Source: Bifidobacterium longum subsp. longum JCM 1217 (GTDB taxonomy: Bacteria > Actinomycetota > Actinomycetes > Actinomycetales > Bifidobacteriaceae). From it: a DNA stretch of 32,000 nucleotides. The notes under the pieces are model-generated. The model ran no database searches. It was not told where the DNA came from and was given only the letters and a program-made list of their open reading frames with translations. Shown here piece by piece: positions 27,720-32,000 of this stretch. Each line of letters starts with the position of its first letter. Position 1 is the stretch's first letter. The DNA lies in NCBI RefSeq assembly GCF_000196555.1, contig NC_015067.1:2280001-2312000 (forward strand), written 5' to 3'. The position numbers were made by a program, and so were the translations under genes.

Positions 27720-28838
27720 TCACCTAGGATGACGTTTCGAAGGCTCGGGCAGCTCGGGAAAAATTGAATGTGGCTCAATTTGATACCAGTACGCCACGCT
27801 AGACACATCATCCTGACGCTCAAATGCACCTTCATATCCTGAACCAATTTGTTGAAGCGTGACTCTAAGCTCACTATCAAACCTGATGGGATCAGGAATA
27901 TGCCATCGGTACAAGCCACGCATAGGTGGACAATAATCGTCATGATATTGGTTTGCTATAGCCCCATCGCGCACAGAATAAAATGGATATCCTACATATG
28001 GGGCACAAAAAGTACGCTCGCGCGTATGACCATCTCGCTGCTCAGCGAAGCTCCATGCACCGCCAAAATAATCTTCGGTGCCGGTACTACACACTGTGGG
28101 ATAATCGTTATCGCCATCTAGGAAAAACTTAATCTCTCCCTCACCCCACCAATATCGTTGCAACGTAGAAATAGCAAGATATGTGCCGACGTAATGGCCC
28201 CGTCCGCTGACTCCATCGAGGATTACATAGTCCTCGCCTAAAGTAGTGATTGGCTGTCTGCGCCATTGCGCATGGAAATAAGCCATTTCACGGGAGGAAT
28301 ACGCATTACCCAATGCATAATCAATCTGATAAAACAAAGCCGGAATAGCATGAGCGTGGTCATTGCGCACTACGATACGTGCCCGTTTACGAAACGGCAT
28401 CGTGAAATAACAATTCATACCTCGTGTAGGTGCCACCACAATAGGCTCTGAGAACACATCGCAACTTTGTCCAAAGCCGCAACAGAAGAAGTCTCCTAGG
28501 GGACATTCCACAGAAGGTCGCTTTTCATCATCCCAATAGATGGCAAGCACCGCATCGCGCAGAACGTATCGATCAGCGTCACTGGTGCGATCCGTAACGG
28601 TAAACCACATGTGCCGAATACAACCGGGGCCTTCAATATCTGCCAATGTCACAGACTGCCCGGGAGCAATGTCATTCAAACACGGCTTTCCCTTGCGCGA
28701 CGGCCCCAACGGACCAGTTTCACGGCAACCAAAACCCTTGGCTCCCGTTGGGTTCTCCGCATTAATCGAACATGTTACTTCGTCGCGGACAGTCGGCAAA
28801 TCCGATAAAGTTCCCGCGTACGGTCCTGCCATCATCAT
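27720..28838 (-). CDS. DUF2961 / glycoside hydrolase family 172-type protein (372 aa).
   Basis: It has the family-typical blocks GPGCIRHMWFT, NCYFTMPF, FYQIDY and WWGEGEIKFFLDGDNDYPTVCSTGTEDYFGGAW. It has no signal peptide, so it is predicted to be cytoplasmic. AGGAG lies 9 nt before the ATG. GC content is lower than in the flanking operon. Confidence 0.7.
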   Translation of the reverse strand: MMMAGPYAGTLSDLPTVRDEVTCSINAENPTGAKGFGCRETGPLGPSRKGKPCLNDIAPGQSVTLADIEGPGCIRHMWFTVTDRTSDADRYVLRDAVLAIYWDDEKRPSVECPLGDFFCCGFGQSCDVFSEPIVVAPTRGMNCYFTMPFRKRARIVVRNDHAHAIPALFYQIDYALGNAYSSREMAYFHAQWRRQPITTLGEDYVILDGVSGRGHYVGTYLAISTLQRYWWGEGEIKFFLDGDNDYPTVCSTGTEDYFGGAWSFAEQRDGHTRERTFCAPYVGYPFYSVRDGAIANQYHDDYCPPMRGLYRWHIPDPIRFDSELRVTLQQIGSGYEGAFERQDDVSSVAYWYQIEPHSIFPELPEPSKRHPR

Positions 28839-28899
28839 AGGTTGACTCTCCTCAAATCAAGCGTCGCTAGCGAAAGCGGCATATAAGTTGAAGCTGTTT

Positions 28900-30228
28900 C
28901 TACCGCTTCGCTTCTTTGTCATATTGCGCCTGCACATTCTTTGTGAATTCCTGAGGCGTGATGCTGTTATCCAGCAGTAACTGGAAGTTAGGGATTAGCC
29001 CACTTGACTGCATTCCCGCAGTAGCATTATTAATGAAATCGCTAGTATGACCGCTCGTCAGCACGTCGGCATAGGCATCAAACATACTCTGCTGCAATGC
29101 GCTATTCGCCTTGAGATCCAAAGTAGATGATTTTGGCAAATAGCCAGAATTGTCAACAATAATCTGTTGCGCTTCGGCACTTTGCGTATAATCGAGGAAC
29201 GCCGCAGCAGCATCACGGTTCTTAGCATTCACCGGAATACCATAAAATGCACCTGCATTAGCAGCAACGTTCGGCTCATCTTCACTGGTGGCACCCGGGA
29301 AAGCAAAGAACTGAACATCATCACCCAGCGCTTTGGCCACAGTATCCAGATTCCAATTACCGCTCGGGAAAAATAGTCCTTCACCATTGCAGAACCTGCT
29401 CAGAGCAGTAGAGGCATCCACTGCGTTAACACCTTCAGGCATATATCCCTTGTTATTCCAATCCTGCAAGGTGGACGCAGCGTCCTGCGCCGCCTGATTG
29501 TCGAAGGTACCAGATTTCTGCAAAATCCAATTCTGCACATCTTCCGCAGAACTGTTATTAGCCATTAACGCCTGAAAGACAAAAGAGGTACCGCCATCCT
29601 TGGCATATGTCATCATCGGCAGTATGCCGGCATCCTTGGCTGTCTGCATATCCGCCTCAAACTCCTCGACAGAGGTAGGAGCTGCATCAATACCTAGCTG
29701 CTCGGCAAGCTTGGTATTGAAATAAATGCCAGTCACCGAATAGGAGTTCGGCAATGCGTACAAATCACCGCTGCCGAGCTTGCCATTTGAATCCACTCGA
29801 TACAATTCAGTCTGCGAATCGGGAACATCCCAGCCGTACGCATCCACATATGCCTCTAAAGACACCAAATGGTTGCCACGAACCGCTGAATTCATGTCGG
29901 TGACGCGGGCGATATCCGGCGCATCTTTTGCTGAAATCACACGCGGGCCATTTTGTCCAGAGACATTATCCGGATCATATTGTCCCGTGATGGTGATGTT
30001 TGGGTATTTCGCTTCGAACCCGGCAATCAGCGCCTCATCTACAGCCTTCAGACCCGCTCCATCCCACAAAGTCAGCTCATATTTTTTATTACCTAAATCA
30101 GTGCTGACCTCAGTAGGATTTGTATCACTTCGTGAGCTACTTGCCGAGCCGGGACCACATGCAGTCAGACTTCCAGCGATAAATATCGCAGCAAGCGCCG
30201 CGCCGCTGTTACGCATAATCCTATTCAT
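28900..30228 (-). CDS. Sugar ABC transporter solute-binding lipoprotein (442 aa), here called SBP2, a paralogue of SBP1.
   Basis: It has a lipobox (GSLTAC) and a strong AAGGAGG site 6 nt before the ATG. By hand alignment, 79 of 111 residues match SBP1 over YEL(K/T)LWDGAGLK...LYA(V/L)P. The nucleotide composition is much less GC-rich. Confidence 0.9.
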   Translation of the reverse strand: MNRIMRNSGAALAAIFIAGSLTACGPGSASSSRSDTNPTEVSTDLGNKKYELTLWDGAGLKAVDEALIAGFEAKYPNITITGQYDPDNVSGQNGPRVISAKDAPDIARVTDMNSAVRGNHLVSLEAYVDAYGWDVPDSQTELYRVDSNGKLGSGDLYALPNSYSVTGIYFNTKLAEQLGIDAAPTSVEEFEADMQTAKDAGILPMMTYAKDGGTSFVFQALMANNSSAEDVQNWILQKSGTFDNQAAQDAASTLQDWNNKGYMPEGVNAVDASTALSRFCNGEGLFFPSGNWNLDTVAKALGDDVQFFAFPGATSEDEPNVAANAGAFYGIPVNAKNRDAAAAFLDYTQSAEAQQIIVDNSGYLPKSSTLDLKANSALQQSMFDAYADVLTSGHTSDFINNATAGMQSSGLIPNFQLLLDNSITPQEFTKNVQAQYDKEAKR

Positions 30229-30254
30229 CGGTTACCTCCTTGCATCCTCATCAT

Positions 30255-30358
30255 ATGCAATCGATATTTCTCTTTACTGTCACCATTTTTCGGCGGCAAT
30301 AAAATATATTTGCGATATCGATTACGCACATCGTACATCTTTTTGCGGAACCCGTCAA
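30255..30358 (-). promoter_or_regulatory. Candidate promoter and operators of the SBP2/GH172 transcription unit.
   Basis: On the minus strand, TTGACG (30353..30358) is followed by a 17-nt spacer and TACGAT (30330..30335). One nt later comes the pseudo-palindrome TGCGTAATCGATATCGCA (30311..30328, 14 of 18 positions symmetric). A related site, ATGCAATCGATAT, lies at 30255..30267. Confidence 0.5.
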
Positions 30359-30400
30359 CCTTGCATCACACCAATGGTGGCCTTAACTTCAAAATCCAGA

Positions 30401-30421
30401 TACAATACAATCGATTACGCA
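30401..30421 (+). promoter_or_regulatory. Candidate -10 element and operator in front of the cassette LacI gene.
   Basis: TACAAT (30401..30406) is followed directly by ACAATCGATTACGCA (30407..30421). ATCGATTACGCA is repeated exactly from 30317..30328, and AATCGATT is a perfect 8-bp palindrome. AGGAG lies at 30426..30430. Confidence 0.4.
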
Positions 30422-30435
30422 ATGCAGGAGATCCC

Positions 30436-31464
30436 ATGAGCGAACCAACAATCTATGAAGTAGCCAAGGAGGCTGGAGTCTCTGCGGCGACCGTATCTCG
30501 TGCAATCAACGGACGTGACCGCATATCGGAAACTACTAGGCAAAAGGTATTTGATGCATGTGCAAAGTTGGGGTTTTCAGCATCGAAAACAGCCTCCATG
30601 CTGCGAACGGGAAAGACAAATCGTATAGCACTTACCGTAGGTAACTCACTGGCTGGCTGGTTCAGTTCACAACTAGCCGAAGGCGTATATTCCGTGCTCG
30701 CATCCCAAGGATATGACTTGCTATCATACCGACTTGCAAACGCCGATCAAAGACGCGATTTCTTTTCCTCAATGCCAGTGAAGCGCAACGCAGACGCGGT
30801 CATCATCTCCTCCTTCGACATCAGCGAGACAGAGAGGCGAACCTTAGAACAACTCGGTATGCCAGTCATCGGTGTCAACACCATCGGGCTTACGGAACAG
30901 CGAGATATGATTTCCATCGGCGTAGACGAAATTATAGCAATGCGACAAACCGTTCATCAGCTCGCAGGACTGGGACATCGCAATATCGCCTTTATCTGCA
31001 AGCAGCAAGACAGTAACGGATTCATATGGGAAGCTGACCAACGTATAGAAGGGTTCCGTCTTGGCATGGCGGCTGAGGGACTCAACTTGCCCGACGGATA
31101 CATCATCGCAGTACAGGACAACGAATTTGCCGGAGCAGAGGCACTCAGTAGCCTGCTCGCACTCTCCCCTCGCCCAACCGCCGTATGCTGCATCAGCGAC
31201 GAGAATGCCATTCCTCTAGTCCATGCGCTTCGCTCATACGGATTCCGCGTACCTGAGGACATATCCGTCATCGGATTCGATGACTGGCCAATGGCACAAG
31301 CGCTCAATATATCAACCGTTCGGCACGACCCTCGGTCCTACGGAGCATTAGCGGCAGATGCCGCAATCCGATTATCACGAGGCGAAATTCTGACAGAAAG
31401 TTGCATCGTTGTTCCCACGACGCTCATGTTGCGCGGCACCACAGGCCCAGCACCTCGAGATTAA
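30436..31464 (+). CDS. LacI-family transcriptional regulator (342 aa), lower-GC cassette copy.
   Basis: It has the N-terminal HTH MSEPTIYEVAKEAGVSAATVSRAINGRDRISETTRQKV and a periplasmic-binding-protein-like sugar domain. The start is moved from the track ORF to the ATG at 30436, behind AGGAG. Confidence 0.9.
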   Translation: MSEPTIYEVAKEAGVSAATVSRAINGRDRISETTRQKVFDACAKLGFSASKTASMLRTGKTNRIALTVGNSLAGWFSSQLAEGVYSVLASQGYDLLSYRLANADQRRDFFSSMPVKRNADAVIISSFDISETERRTLEQLGMPVIGVNTIGLTEQRDMISIGVDEIIAMRQTVHQLAGLGHRNIAFICKQQDSNGFIWEADQRIEGFRLGMAAEGLNLPDGYIIAVQDNEFAGAEALSSLLALSPRPTAVCCISDENAIPLVHALRSYGFRVPEDISVIGFDDWPMAQALNISTVRHDPRSYGALAADAAIRLSRGEILTESCIVVPTTLMLRGTTGPAPRD

Positions 31465-31581
31465 ACATCGACAACGTCCGCATTTGATGATGTGCATATC
31501 ATTATTGCAACAGCGAAACAACAGGTACCAGCCAGAGGAAGGACGACCGGGTAACAGCCACAAGGCGGCCACCCATTCACC

Positions 31582-32000
31582 ATGAAACGCGCGACCATCA
31601 ACGACGTAGCTCTCACGGCCGGAGTCTCAACTTTTACCGCATCCCGCGCTTTGCGAGGTAAGGATCACGTGGCAGCAGCTACGCGGGATAAGGTGCTGAA
31701 AGCGGCCAAAGAGCTGAATTACACCGCGTCTCGCTCGGCGGCGGCGCTGGCAAGCGGACGCACCAATCGCATTGCCATGCTGGCTCGCGAACGGCTGGCC
31801 GGCTGGTTCATGGGCGAATTATTCGACGGGCTGTATGACGAACTGAGCCGCGCACGCTATGACTTGACCGTATACCGAGCCGGCAGCGTCGAGGAGCGTG
31901 CGGAATTCTTTACTCGGCTGCCAGCCAATCGTAACGCCGACGCCCTCATCGTATCCGGATTTTCCGCCACCGATGAGGAAGCCGACACGTTGGCCAGCAT
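31582..32000 (+). CDS. LacI-family transcriptional regulator, 5' partial (continues past the window end), high-GC copy.
   Basis: Not in the ORF track because there is no stop inside the window. Translation reads MKRATINDVALTAGVSTFTASRALRGKDHVAAATRDKVLKAAKELNYTASRSAAALASGRTNRIAMLARERLAGWFMGELFDGLYDE... An in-frame stop at 31552 excludes a longer N-terminus. It is a paralogue of 30436..31464. Confidence 0.85.
   Translation, partial: MKRATINDVALTAGVSTFTASRALRGKDHVAAATRDKVLKAAKELNYTASRSAAALASGRTNRIAMLARERLAGWFMGELFDGLYDELSRARYDLTVYRAGSVEERAEFFTRLPANRNADALIVSGFSATDEEADTLAS

Overview
High-GC actinobacterial chromosome segment, almost certainly Bifidobacterium. The 16S rRNA carries what I remember as the B. 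longum-specific primer sites. No searches were run, so all calls come from reading the sequence and the ORF track. RNA ends are good to about +/-10 nt. Layout, left to right: (1) An IS30-family transposase gene is split by a complete IS21-family element (288..2879, istA/istB, 5-bp GATGA target duplication). (2) Two complete 16S-23S-5S rRNA operons lie on the minus strand in head-to-tail tandem. They are indistinguishable over 5,637 bp (4077..9713 = 10254..15890, offset 6,177). Their upstream regions are diverged but colinear. (3) A Sir2-family deacetylase and a threonine ammonia-lyase are convergent. (4) A minus-strand alpha-glycoside utilisation operon encodes an ABC solute-binding lipoprotein, two permeases, a GH13 alpha-glucosidase and a GH36 Sip1/raffinose-synthase-type enzyme. 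A second GH13 alpha-glucosidase follows. (5) A visibly lower-GC cassette (about 27.6..31.5 kb) sits between that operon and its high-GC LacI-family regulator (31582..>32000). It carries a second, paralogous solute-binding protein, a DUF2961/GH172-type glycoside hydrolase and its own LacI-family regulator with a different operator motif. It has no permeases or ATPase of its own. I found no tRNA, CRISPR array or recognisable defence genes. The best candidate for something undescribed is the low-GC SBP-GH172-LacI cassette, which appears to use the neighbouring transporter. The tandem identical rrn pair and the nested IS are the other notable structures.
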